A stretch of 52,116 bases of DNA from the NCBI GenBank assembly GCA_001938485.1, contig MQRK01229041.1, forward strand, positions 1 through 52,116, given 5' to 3'. The position numbers were made by a program, and so were the translations under genes. The notes under the pieces were generated by a model. It was not told where the DNA came from, made no database searches, and saw only the letters and a program-made list of their open reading frames with translations. This document shows, piece by piece, positions 24,845-36,907 of the stretch; positions within the stretch are counted from its first letter, which is position 1; each line of letters begins with the position of its first letter. The DNA comes from Girardia tigrina. Taxonomy: Eukaryota.

Positions 24845-25330
24845 TTCCTTCAGTTTTTCCACATTTCGATCATAGAATTTTCCATTTTCATGTCGCAATC
24901 TGTATCTTCTGTCATGTATTTTCTCAATTATTGTGTTAAAGTCCTTCGTATTTGTTTTTTTTCCTGTAATTCGGGTTCGACCTTCACAAGCACACCATCT
25001 CCGATCTTGAACTGTCTCCTGGCAGGTATCTCTTCGATATCGGTGTTGTGATTCATTTTTATTTCTCGACTATGCCATCTTTCTTTGAATATTCTTTTAC
25101 CGAACATAACTTTCGCTGGGCTCTTTCCTATTGTCTTCTGGAATGTTGTATTTAGTGTAAATTATATTTCTGGTAGCAGGATTTCCTAATCAGTCCTTCT
25201 TTTCTTCGCAGTTACGCATTTAAATATTCTTTGGTGGTACATAATTGTCTCTCTAGTATCCCATTCGAGTTGTGATGGTATGGGCTCGAGTAACACATTT
25301 TTATATTAATTGATGCTGCCATGTCTTTTA
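24845..25330 (-). mobile_element. Ty3/gypsy integrase remnant, related to the 1705 element
   Basis: Manual translation gives SSPYHHNSNGILERQ, LNTTFQKTIGKSPAKVMFGKRI, FKIGDGVLVKVEP and IHDRRYRLRHENGKFYDRNVEKLK. Not in the ORF track. Confidence 0.85.
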
Positions 25331-26706
25331 TTATCTTCGATTCGAATTTCTTGCCTCAATCTGTATGTTTTTCTTTCGATGTACTAATTGTTTGTAATTA
25401 CTTTTTGGTGTATTTTTATTTAGCTGCATGGCAGAACATCTGAAACTGTTCATATATAAATATAAACTCCTGTGATGAATCCATAGTTTGTCAAAATTTA
25501 ACTGAGATATCCGTTTTATTTGGAAATTACTTAAATAAAGTAAAAGGTGAATGTTAAGCACTTTAATAAATATTTTTTTCTATAAATAAAAGAAAATGAA
25601 AGAAGACAATTGGAATCCCTGGATTATAATTGTATTTATTTTTAAACCACAATTAAGAGAAGGATAAAACGAGAATAACCGTTTAAATGGTCCCTTTAAA
25701 ATTGGTCGCAAAGAAGAAAAAAAATAAGCAAATAGCTGACGTACTCCTGAGCTTGTTTTTCAGGAAAATTTAATTGATAAAATGGAAAGAATTAAAATAA
25801 ATTTTAAAAGGTAAATGACGATTTAATTTTTTTTAGAAATTTTTTAACATACTTTTTTAATTTTAATATAATAATAACTTTGAAAAAAAAACAAAAAAAC
25901 AGGTAAAAATTTTTAATTAATAAATTATCTTTTGTTAATTGATTTATCGTTTTTTTCTTGTATTCCTCTCTTTTTTTTAGAATTGAAAAAAATATTTTTT
26001 CCAAATGATAATTTTCCATTATTAGAAAAGAAAACGAGAGAGAGAGAGGGGAAACATTAAAGTCTAAATTCTTTGTAACATCTGAGAATGTAAAAGAAAA
26101 TTTAAAATTTAGCAAAACAAACAATTTAGATTGATTTTTCGATTGTTAATCAGACAAACCATTAACAGATTATGAAAATTAAAACAAAAAAATTCCCAAA
26201 AAAACACTCAGGAGATTGAAAATCATTAATGTTTATTGAAATATAATGAAAAATACATTTTTATGCGATTATTTCCATTATATTCCATGTATAAATAGAT
26301 AATTCTCGTTACTTTACTTCCACATCAACCTAATTAATGCCCGATTTTTCTGGGGCAAATATTAAAAAAAATAGAAAAAAAATGTAATATTACATGCGAT
26401 AATGGAGAAATGGAAACGAGATTTTAGAAGTTTTTTTTCAGTAATAATTATTAAAAAAATAAATATTTATTTTTTTTCTTAAAACGATTTTCTAATTGTT
26501 TATTCACGATTTTTTTGTTTTTTCGAAAATTAAATATAATTAAAAAAACTGTTTTTTTAGTTAAAGAAAAAAACTTATTAAAATAAACAATTAAGATATA
26601 ATGGAAAACATTTACGAAGTGAGATCAACTTTATTTAAAAGAAAAAAAAACTATGGCAATAATCTTTCAAGATTTACTTAAAACTTTGTGCAATTAACTT
26701 AGCTTG

Positions 26707-27204
26707 TGTTAAGAGCACTGACACAATTACTATGCAAGCATTTATTAATAACACATTCAGAGTGATCAAAACTCTCAGAAGTTCCTTCATCATTTGTCAT
26801 CATTCTAATTCGAGTTGTTTCTAAATTATTAATAATCATTATTCGAATAAATTTCATAATTTTTCAATAACATTTATTATTATTTTAACTTTAAAATATT
26901 TCAAAGAATTATAAAAAATAATGAAACAAATGTATATTTATTTAAACCACTAGAATGCCTTTAATTAAAACATTAAATATGTTTATTTTACTTTGGAAAA
27001 ATAATAGAAATTACCTGCATAATTATCTTTTAAATTTATATTTTATCAGATTATTAAATTTTCATTAATTTAAAAAATGTACATTCTGTTCGAATGATCA
27101 GTTTTTGCTAATACAATAAATCATCAATTTTCCAACTGGGTCGGAGAATCCGAAATTCCCGTTTCAAACAACCCGTCCATACACAATTTAAAATATTCCT
27201 CACA
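26707..27204 (-). mobile_element. Solo LTR (498 bp)
   Basis: Ends TGTTAAGAGC...AAAATATTCCTCACA, the reverse complement of the family termini. Near-TSD GCTTG/GCTAG. Confidence 0.8.
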
Positions 27205-27333
27205 GCTAGGAAGACGTAATGGAAATCATTTTTCATTATCTTATATTCCAGTGGAACTGTGCTATAATTTGTATTTAAGGAAAGTAGTTCATCTCCAAAA
27301 GTATAACATATTTTTGTCCATTCATTTTAACAT

Positions 27334-27753
27334 TATTAAGAGCATTAATTGGGTTTTTTTACATTTATTAATATCACAATTTTAATTGCCACTAGAACAA
27401 TTCTCCGTAAAACTTGCGTAGCTCGTCATCGTTCTTGATTGATAATCTTTAATAATATATTTTAACGTCTTATTATTCAAACAAATTTAAATTACAATTT
27501 AATTATTACAAAAATAATTTATACTTTAATTTTGAAATAATTTTTATTTATTTTAAGAAAATATTATTAAAATATTATTTATGAAATATTAGTTTAATTT
27601 TAAAGTGATTATTTAAATTTTAATAATTGATTAAACCACCAGACGTTTTAAAATATTTAAGATATTAATCTTCTATCTGGGTGGGAGAAACACAATCCTA
27701 AAACAATATACCAAACAACACAAAATAAACACCATTCAAAAATATTCCTCACA
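27334..27753 (-). mobile_element. Solo LTR (420 bp) with perfect 5-bp TSD
   Basis: AACAT|TATTAAGAGC...AATATTCCTCACA|AACAT. The core ATCTGGGTGGGAGAA is shared with the 1705 LTR. Confidence 0.88.
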
Positions 27754-29189
27754 AACATGTTTGAGTACGTGGAAATGACTGTGGAGACTAAATATTTATT
27801 TTTAAGAAATATCTCCAAGATTTATTTAGAGATGTTTTTCTTTCCTTCATGGTCTCTTCTCATGAGTATATTCAATCAGTCTCCGATTCAGTGACGATTT
27901 TACTAAGACACAAATGAATGTTTGATTTGATAACTAAAAATTGAGAATCTTTTATGTAAGGAGAAGAGAACCGTTTTTATACATCTTTTACATACCTTTC
28001 TTTACCGCGCGTTTGATATCATAATATAGGTAGGTAATCTGCTAATCTTCACAAGGTCTTCCGATTTCTGTAATTTGATTTTTTGATTATGCCAGAGAAT
28101 ACGTTCCCAAAAGCGTTGACTTTTCCTCAGAAATTTTCATGTGCCTTCCACTTGTTTAATATTGAATACTTTGAATTCTTCTAACTATTCAGTGGTTTTC
28201 TTTTATAAATTTTAGCCTGGGAAATACAATAATTAATATTGTTTTGTACATAAAAACTAAGCATAAAGTATCATACTTATCCCAATATTTTTATTATAAT
28301 ATAACAAAACTTATTAATTAATTATAATTAAATAAATTATATTTCACATATTTATTAATGAAGCAAATTATATTATGTATATTATTTATTAATTTCTAAA
28401 TTAATACTTAATGTTAATTAATTAATTCTTAATACTTAAAAACTATGTTATATAAAAATTACCATTATTATAATTAAAACAAATTAAGTAACTGTTTTTT
28501 TTGTAATAAATGATCCATTTAAAAGTAATATTTATTAATTTAATAATTATAAAATATAGTAGAAAAACATATTCTTCTAAATAATTATAATTTACATTTT
28601 ATTTCATTTTTTAGATATATTTAATGAAAATGATCCTTTAAATGTAACATTTAAACTTGTAATTATTTTTTCAAACTCGCTTTTTAAAATGATATTGAAG
28701 CGGAAAAAAATGAAGGGGATTGACCAAATTTTACCAGCTAAATAAAATCTGATAATATAGTTCAAACAAAAATAATTTGTCAAATTATTTTATCCATTCT
28801 CAAGACTAATATAAAATCAATCTTAAAAAATAATAAATTAAATTAAATAAATAATAACTCCATAGGACATAAATTTTTTACTGGCTCTAAACTAAGATAT
28901 AGAGCTTTTGGAGTGGATGAAAAAAATGTATACATATAGTATTCTGCGTCCTCTAGTTTTTGAGTTATTTGCACAAATGCAAAAAATGCATACAATTTTT
29001 TTATATTTAAATAACATTTTTACTGCAACTTATTTTTTATATATGCAATTGATACTCACTTTTTTTATGTAAGTTAACACCTGTTTATTCGCATTCTTAA
29101 TCAGCTTATTTTGATTTAATATATTTACTAATATTTTTAATATTAATATTTTTAGTTTTGTTGGAGTTTTATTTAATGGTAGATAGAGA

Positions 29190-30370
29190 CTTAAAGAATG
29201 ATTCCAAGAACTTTTGCTACATATGCGGATCACACATGTTCAAAGAATCCATTAATCCCATATGTCCACTTATCAGAATTGAATACTTCGACTATTTTAA
29301 AATAAAAATTAGAGGTCAAGAGTAACCCTTCGCGCCTCATTCTGTTTGTAAGGAGTGCGATAGTAATTTGCCATGTGGTCGGCGAAAAATTAAATAGTTA
29401 ACCGTTTAGCACCCAAATGGCCAGGTGAGAATAGAAAAATTACATCGACGATTGTTATTTTTGTATGACAAATATTCTTGGTTTTAGCAAAAGGACAGCA
29501 AAACACATTGTCTATGCAAATTTAGAATCAGCTATTCGTCCTATTCTTTATGAAATAAATGAAGAATCCCCTTTGCTTCCGAAACAGATTGTTGAGGAGG
29601 ATCCTAGTCCTTCTGAGTCTAACTTATTGAACGTAGGAGATGAAGTAGAGCAAGCTCCTAGTAATATTAACTATTAGCAGCTTAATAAGTTAGAAAGCTT
29701 GAAACTATCTAAGAAACAGACTTGCTTAAGGAATTTGACGTTTCAGATTTGGAGACGAAGTTTGCGTTTTATAAGGATAGAGACTTACTGTTCAAGGATT
29801 TTTTTCAACAAAGTGATTAGAATGGGTTTCTGTATTGCTATGATATTCTGGGACTCTTGATGAAGTTTGGCATTCAAACTGACGTAAAAAGAGACTGGTT
29901 GATATTCATAGACGGTAGTGTGTCGAGTGTAAAAGCTGTATTGCTACATAGGAAAAAAGTCTTTCCGACAATCCAAGCAGGGTATTCCAGTGCGGTAAAA
30001 GAGTCATATGAGACTATGAAATATCTGCTAGAACAATTACGTTGAGCAAAATTTATTATATATTATTATGAATATTAACAGGCTTCCAAGACGGATTTGA
30101 AAAGTAGTGCTGTTTTTTGTGCCAATGGGACAGCAGAGCAAGAGCACAATATTATTCTAGAGACTCCTGGCCAGTTCGTCAAAAACAAGCCCCAGAAGAA
30201 GCCAACATACAGCATGAAAAAAATTATTACATGAACTTAACATAAAATTAGGACTATTCAAGAATTTTCTGAAGGCTCTAAAAGGAGATTGTGAGCCCAT
30301 GGCTAAACTGAAAGAATTATTTCCAAAACTCTCAGTAAACAAACTAAAAGATTTAAGATTTAAACATTTA
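29190..30370 (+). mobile_element. Degenerate DNA transposase, probably CMC-Chapaev(3)-type
   Basis: Ordered motifs NFCYICG, APHSVCKEC, DDCYFCMTN, YANLESAIRP, FIDGSVSSVKAVLLH, KESYETMKYLLEQL, CCFLCQWDSRAR, NIKLGLFKNFLKAL and LFPKLS. The family label is from memory of these motifs. Confidence 0.7.
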
Positions 30371-30429
30371 TGAAATTTAAACATAATTTTGATACATGTT
30401 AGTTGAACAAAAAAATACAGTCTTAATCC

Positions 30430-31490
30430 AAAACACACTTGAAAAGTAGATTACATTTATTTGGCAATGGAGATGATGGCACCTTGCCTTTATATTAAAA
30501 ATTTGCCTTTAAATATATATGATATTCAAACGAGGAGATTTTCCCGATCATACAATAATCTGCATCCCATTAGAATTGAACCAGCCCTGTATAAGTTTGT
30601 AAATGGGGGCAGGAGCTAAATCTTGTTAAAGCACACTACAATTTGAATCACACTACTTATTTGTAATTTTCAATTAATGATGTTAAGTTGTGGTTGACTG
30701 TGGTTAAACATGGTTTGAATTGCAGAGAACATCACCATGACTTTGGGAAATGTTTGGCGGATAGGATTGTGTTATGAGGTAAATATCCAGGGTAATTTGG
30801 TCACTTTTCAAAGTTGACGAATGAAGCAAACTGATAAGATATTCATACCTCAGATAAATCTATTTTACACCAATCATTGGCAAAAAAATTGTGATTTTGT
30901 TTGCAAAATGTAAGTAAATTGAATCACAGTGCACGATTTAACCCCATCTGGCTTTTAACAATATTTTTTCTCCGATTTCCTTCTTATTATTCTTGTACTC
31001 TTTGCACTCGGTGTGTCACTTTCATTTCCAGATTTTAAATTTTAAATGTTTTGTTCCAGTTCGGATGATAGATGAATCACGTTGTGGTATTATTATTTTA
31101 AATTTTTCGACCGAATTTTCAGCATCGGATGAGTCTATGAACTTTAATCACTTTATTATATTTGTAATTTCTCGCAGCGGTGACCTATATTTTGGTAGTA
31201 CTAAGAATGAGCCCACACAATCCTGGTTCAATATGCTTATTCCTTACCAATTATGTCCAACAATAATTAAAAGCTTTTAATAAATTCTGACTGACTCTTT
31301 AGGGGTTTCACCTGAGAAGAACAAAATGAAATGAGTTTAATTTATGAATTTTACAAAGAATATCATGATGATCTCTAGATTACTAAACATTTCAGTAGTT
31401 TTATTTCAATATTATTCTAAGTACTTTCTAACATTGGAAATAAATCAGTGACAATAACAACAATATTATTTAGTTACAAACGGTGCCACA
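30430..31490 (-). mobile_element. Possible LTR-retrotransposon gag/pro remnant
   Basis: The minus strand has PBS-like TGGCACCG near 31485 and FSGETPKESV (gag-like). Otherwise heavily decayed. Confidence 0.3.
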
Positions 31491-31495
31491 TTATA

Positions 31496-32671
31496 TTAGG
31501 TTGGGGAAAAAGTAATCCATTATTTTAATCCATTATTTTAATTCATTATTTATCGATCAAACAATTTCAAATTTATACTCTTTGTCAAGGTAGCATTTCA
31601 CAGTAATTTCACAAAAAAATTTTTTTAATCAGTTCTGAGTTATACGGTGTTAAAAATGGAAGTCAACAAAGAAAAAATTCGGTACATTTTACAGTTTTAT
31701 TCGATAAAGGCGAAAATGCAAGCCAGACGGCAATTATTGTGAATGGTGTTTATGGTGCAAATACTGTAACAGCTAATTACACGCAATTTTGGTTTCGTCG
31801 ATTCCGTAGAGACATTTTTGATGTTAAAGAGGCACCTCGCACAGGCAGGCCTATCGTTGAAAATGTCGATAAAATCTCGGTAATGATCGAAGTTGACCGG
31901 GATGTTAGTAGTCGTAGCATCGCACATCAATTAACACCAAAACACATGATGGATCGAATTTCCATCTGCGAAGCCTTGGCCAAACGAAATGAAATCGACC
32001 CATTTCTTAAACGGATGGTTACTGGGGATGTAAAATGGGTCACATACGACAATATTGTACGAAAAAGATCGTGGTCAAAGCACGGTGAAGCACCTCAAAC
32101 GGTCACCAAACCAGGACTAACGGCTAGGAAGGTTCTACTGTGTATTTTGTGGGACTGGAAAGGAAATTTATTATGAGTTGCTTCCGTATGGCTAAACACT
32201 AAATTCAGATCTGTACTGTCAACAACTGGACCGTTTGAAGATAGCAATTGATGAGAAACAACCAGAATTGGCCAACAGAAGAGGTGTTGTGTTCCATCAT
32301 GACAACGCCAGACCACATACGTCTGTAGTGACTCGCCAGAAACTCAAGGAGCTTGGTTGGGAAGTTTTAATGCATCCACCATATAGTCCGGACCTGGCAC
32401 CAAGCGATTACCACCTTTTCTTGCAAAATTTCCTGAGTGATAAGAAATTTGGATCAATAGAAGATTGTGAAAATCGATTACTACAGTTTTTCGCCAATAA
32501 GGAAGGACCAAAACTTCTACGAGAGAGGCATTATGAAGCTATCTTCAAAATGGCAAATAATTATACAACAAAACGGTGTGTATTTGACTCGATGAGGACA
32601 ATCCAAAACATTTTAAATAAAGTTTTTTTAATTTCACACCAAAATAATGAATTTCTTTTTTCCCAACCTAA
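31496..32671 (+). mobile_element. Mariner (mellifera-subfamily-like), both TIRs, internal deletion
   Basis: TA|TTAGGTTGGGGAAAAAG...TTTTTCCCAACCTAA|TA. ATG at 31656 starts MEVNKEKIRYILQF. Motifs VTGDVKW, HDNARPH and HPPYSPDLAPSDYHLF. The second HTH and WVP are missing (SSRSIA|HQLTPK). Confidence 0.95.
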
Positions 32672-33049
32672 TATTTTTAAACAAATGTATTTTCAAGAAT
32701 TATTCAATATAAAAGTATTACATCCAATTGTAAAAAAATATATATTTAAATAAAGTATAAATTAGATATATTAATTCAGTTATAATTAATTTTCCTTACA
32801 TTTATTACGAAAGACGAACTTCAAATGATGATAATTCAGCAAAATTTGAAAATGACTCTTTGACCCAATCTTTTTGGCAATAAGTGTAAGTAGCAGATTA
32901 AAAACTGTTTTATCTATTTTGAGAGGAGAACTTTTACTTGGCATGTAATTGAAACTGTTTTGACATAATACCTATGTCGAAAATAATTTCCCTAAATGTT
33001 CTTTACACATCACATTATAGTAAATTCATAATCTATTTGTCATTTTAAA

Positions 33050-33200
33050 CCTCTCTCATTCCACGTCTATTTAAATGTGGTCCAACATCACCAAAATGTT
33101 GTTCTCTATGATACTTAGTGTTCATAGTGTTACTAAAGCATTCTATAAAATATACAAGCAATTGACATATTCTTTGAAAAGTAATACCACCTCAATTCTT
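33050..33200 (-). mobile_element. Possible LINE (L2/CR1) ORF1 esterase remnant
   Basis: Minus-strand HREQHFGDVGPHLNRRG resembles the SGNH C-terminal DGxHLNxxG motif. Nothing else is recognisable. Confidence 0.25.
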
Positions 33201-33294
33201 AAAACATTTAATTAAATAAAATAGTTTATTATTTTACTATTTTTTGATATTTAATTCTAATTATTTTGTAAAAATGTATAATTGCTGATGATAT

Positions 33295-33670
33295 TGTAAG
33301 GAAACATAAAAAGATGTCTTATGGATTATGTCAGTAATATTTGTTAGATGTTTGAAGGAGGAGTGAATGATGCTGGAGAGTTGAATGCAGGATCTTTGAA
33401 TGTGTTTATATAAGAACGACGTTGGAATAAGATCTCTCTCCGAAGATTAATAGAGATGCATTGTTCTTAAAAGACATAATTAATTGTTGAAAAATGATTT
33501 TTAAAACAAATGTAACCAGAAAGTTAAAAAATTAAATTTTTATATCAATTCTTTATGCAGACAGAACACTACTTTGACAAAAATGTTTTTAGAATTCAAA
33601 AAATATTTATTAGAAAAACACAATAAAAATCAATATAAACTACTTATAATTTATAAGTAGATATCTTACA
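33295..33670 (+). mobile_element. Candidate solo LTR (376 bp) of a second family
   Basis: TGTAAG...CTTACA inverted termini, internal TTTATATAAG and AATAAA. TSD not clean. Confidence 0.6.
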
Positions 33671-33739
33671 ATTAATATTGTTCAGGAACTCCGAATTTTC
33701 CGTTTTTTTTCTCATTTTGGAATCTTAAAAAGTTAATTT

Positions 33740-33885
33740 CGATCAACTTTTTACATAATCATTTATTGTCATCGAGAATAAGTAAATGTGCAAAGTTTGA
33801 AGAAAATCGATTTAGTAAAAAGCCTCCAAAAAACAGGTTTATGTATGTATATAGAAAGTAAGCTAATAAAAAGAATGTTAAAATG
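33740..33885 (+). repeat. Second copy of the Helentron-like repeat end
   Basis: TATTGTCATCG...AAAGTTTGAAGAAAATCG...GAAAGTAAGCTAATAAAAAG..TAAAA is homologous to 17600-17783. Confidence 0.45.
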
Positions 33886-36002
33886 AATTTTTGTGTAAAT
33901 ATTTACAAATTAGGCGAATCTTTTAAAATTAAAAAGCGAAGTACACATCATGCCTCAAAAATTAATTTATGGCCATTCATGTAATATTAGAAAAAATGCA
34001 TGGAGAACAATTCGTCTTTTAATATGCTTCATAGATTTTATTTTCTAAGATGTTTTTATTAATTTATTAATTATTTAATGTTATAATAGCGTTTTTATAA
34101 TTTTGTTCAGTTTTTTGTTAACTTGTCCAAAAGTGCAAAAAATGTAATTAAACAGGATTGTAAAATTTCAATAAAGGAATTAATGCTCAATTAATTCGGT
34201 AATTGTTATGAAAATAAATATTATTAGTTAAAAGAGAAATAATTTTAAAAATATTAAAAAAAATAAAAAGACGTAAATTATTTACTTGAGAGAATTAAAA
34301 TCCCATTTGAAATAAATTACAATTTCCTAAAAAAAATTAATATTAAATATTTTTTGTTTTTGATTTAATCAACCATTTTATTGAAATTAATTACAAAAGT
34401 AATTTTCAGTTAAAATTTTTTTTTCAATATAAAATACAAATTAATTAATAAATTAATTTAAAAAAATATTTTTTTTATTTTGTTAATTTAATGACAAAAA
34501 ATTCATATGCATGTCTTTATTAATAAAATATATAACTAATAATTAAAAACTTTTTTCTTTTATTTAATTTAAATTATCTTGGATAATTTATAAATTCGTA
34601 GAAAAAAATTTTGTTTTTAACAAAAATCAAAAGTAAAATTAAAATAAAAGAATTTCAAAATATTTTATAAATATTTAACCATTAATGAGTAAAATAAAAC
34701 ATAACCGAACTAATAATTATAAAAAAGAAGATAAAAGGAAAAGATAAGAGAGAAAGATGATATTTGTTTTGATTGTTTCTATGTTTAACCGGATCGCGTT
34801 TCAAAACTATTATTTCTACTTTTTACAAATTATTTTCTTTTACAAATAAGGAACAATTTTTGTGAATAAATATTTACAGCGGACATTAAAGAAGCAACAA
34901 ACAGATTTGTTTACGAACATCGAAATATGATAAGAAATATGTTTTTATCAACAAAAAAAACTAATTCGATCAAGAAATTAGTTGAAACTATAAAATTAAG
35001 CAAAATTAAAAAGAAAAATATAATAAAATTACTGTTTAAAGTAATTAAAAAATAAAAGTAATAAACAAAAATATCAAAAAATAAATTCCTAATACTGTTA
35101 TAGTTTCTTTGCCTTTTTCCATTTTTTTTTTAAAGAAAACATGATTTTAATAATTTAATAAGATTTTTAAATTGATAATTTTCCTTTTTGTAGCAAAATG
35201 ATTATAACCTTAAAAGAACCCCTTGTGCAAGAAAAATCTTCCTTTTGTACTTCTGTTTTTATAAAGGTGTAAACTGATTTTGTAGATAAAGTATTATGTT
35301 TCTTCAATCTGTTTTATTTTAAGAATGCCACTAAAATCACTAAATTTGGCCAATTTTTACCACTTTTAGAAACAATCTTTTAAAAACTAACGGAAACCCT
35401 CCAAATTTCTTCTTCTTCTTCTTTTGCAAAAAATTAAGATTTTAATAATAAGATTTTAATAAAAATATTTCTATATATCGACACTTTTAAACGCTTTTTC
35501 TCAACAAATTTTTTTCTCAACATAATCGATTTTTGTTGATATTGTTCTTAGTTTTTGAGAATTTCAAAAATGTTCGAAAAAATCGATTTATCAGCACTTT
35601 TTCGAAAATGTTGACATGGAATCTGAATGCACATATGTGGGTTAATATTCAAGTACATCAGCACTTTTTTGATATTATGTTTCCTTGTACCTTTAAAATC
35701 AATGTGCACTTTGTGTAAATTTACACATTATACTAATTATAGAGAAAAGTAATCAATATATGAAAATTTGAATTGCATATTCAAATAGAGAATCGAAATG
35801 TGCATCAAGCATACGATATCGATTTTTGACAATGGTACTTTTAAAAAATTTGATGCATTGATTTTTGCACTTTTGCACATGTGGAACTTAAAAGCACTGT
35901 GCTAACACATTAGAAATGTGTGACAAAATGTGCACTATCGTGCACTAATATTGATTAGCACCTCTGAGCACTGTGCAGTGATCGGTTAGCACTTTTTTCT
36001 AC

Positions 36003-36336
36003 GATCCTTAGTTACGGGTGACGGTTGCTATGGATACGAAAACCGTAACCATGGTTACAACCGCCTTGGATCACTGTATACGTTGCTAATGAAAAACGTC
36101 CTTTGGTTACCGTTACTATGGTAACCGTGACCTTGGTTACCGTCACCAAGTGGACCGGAACGTTTGCTACCGTTGCTATAGTAACCGAGACCGTTGCTAG
36201 GGAGCCGACGACCAATCAGAAGCGTTGCTAAGGTGATCGCGACCGCTACCATGGTAACCGCGACCGTTGCCATCGTAACCGCGCGGTAAGTAGTTACGAC
36301 ACCCCCGGGGGGGTGGGGCCGAATGCCCATTTTTCC
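36003..36336. promoter_or_regulatory. Phased array of 14-bp imperfect palindromes matching the RFX X-box, with CCAAT box and GC-rich cap; probably a mobile-element terminus
   Basis: Units at 36024, 36045, 36082, 36097, 36112, 36127, 36142, 36157, 36172, 36193, 36224, 36245 and 36266 (e.g. GTTACTATGGTAAC, GTTGCTATAGTAAC, GTAACCATGGTTAC). CCAATCAG at 36212. The array itself is certain; its regulatory function is inferred. Confidence 0.6.
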
Positions 36337-36800
36337 TTTACTAATACGTTGTCGTTTGTGATCATCAGTCATTTGATAAGGCACCCAGATGCTCAAAATC
36401 TTTTTTCTGTTCAAATTTTCATGGAGGTTTGTCCTTATTGATTCTTTGTTGACATCAAGCATTTCACTTATGTGTCTTAAAGACATTCTTTCATCCTGCT
36501 CAATTATGTTCCTAACTTTTTCAATCAAATCATCAGTTATTGTTGCTGAAGGGCGTCCACTTCGTGGGTGATCGTCCAAAGATAGCCGCATGCCTGAGGT
36601 AAAATCAGAGAACCAGTTTCTTATTGTGCGTTTCGTTGGACAATCATCAGAGAAGGCATTGAACAACTTTCTATAGGTTTCAGATGCAGTCATTCCATTT
36701 TTCCACTCAACGAATGCATAGAATCGACTGTTAGATTTTGAAAACTCCATTTTTTGCGACAACCTTTTAAATCCAATATGAAAAGTGATCATATGACACA
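36337..36800 (-). mobile_element. Mariner 5' fragment, interrupted by the palindrome array
   Basis: MEFSKSNSRFYAFVEWKNG...WFSDF..G..SLDDHPRSGRP...SIWVPYQMTDDHKRQRI, then an abrupt switch to the array. Confidence 0.88.
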
Positions 36801-36868
36801 AATTAATATATATATATANNNNNNNNNNNNNNNNNNNNNNNNNNNNNNNNNNNNNNNNNNNNNNNNNN

Positions 36869-36907
<39 letters not shown>

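Noticed and set aside
23646-26124. Short F/I/K/L-rich ORFs (23646, 24312, 25331, 25804)
   Set aside because: Low-complexity ORFs expected by chance in AT-rich DNA, with no domains.
27770-28220. Possible gypsy gag remnant on the minus strand
   Set aside because: Coding-like composition, but no motif I could identify.
33285-33320. CTGATGA...GAAAC...ATGTC hammerhead-like string
   Set aside because: Helices I and II cannot form, and the motif straddles the left boundary of the candidate solo LTR at 33295, so it is probably coincidental.
36003-36300. CRISPR array
   Set aside because: Repeats are 14 bp with 1-7-bp spacers, the context is eukaryotic, and there are no cas genes.
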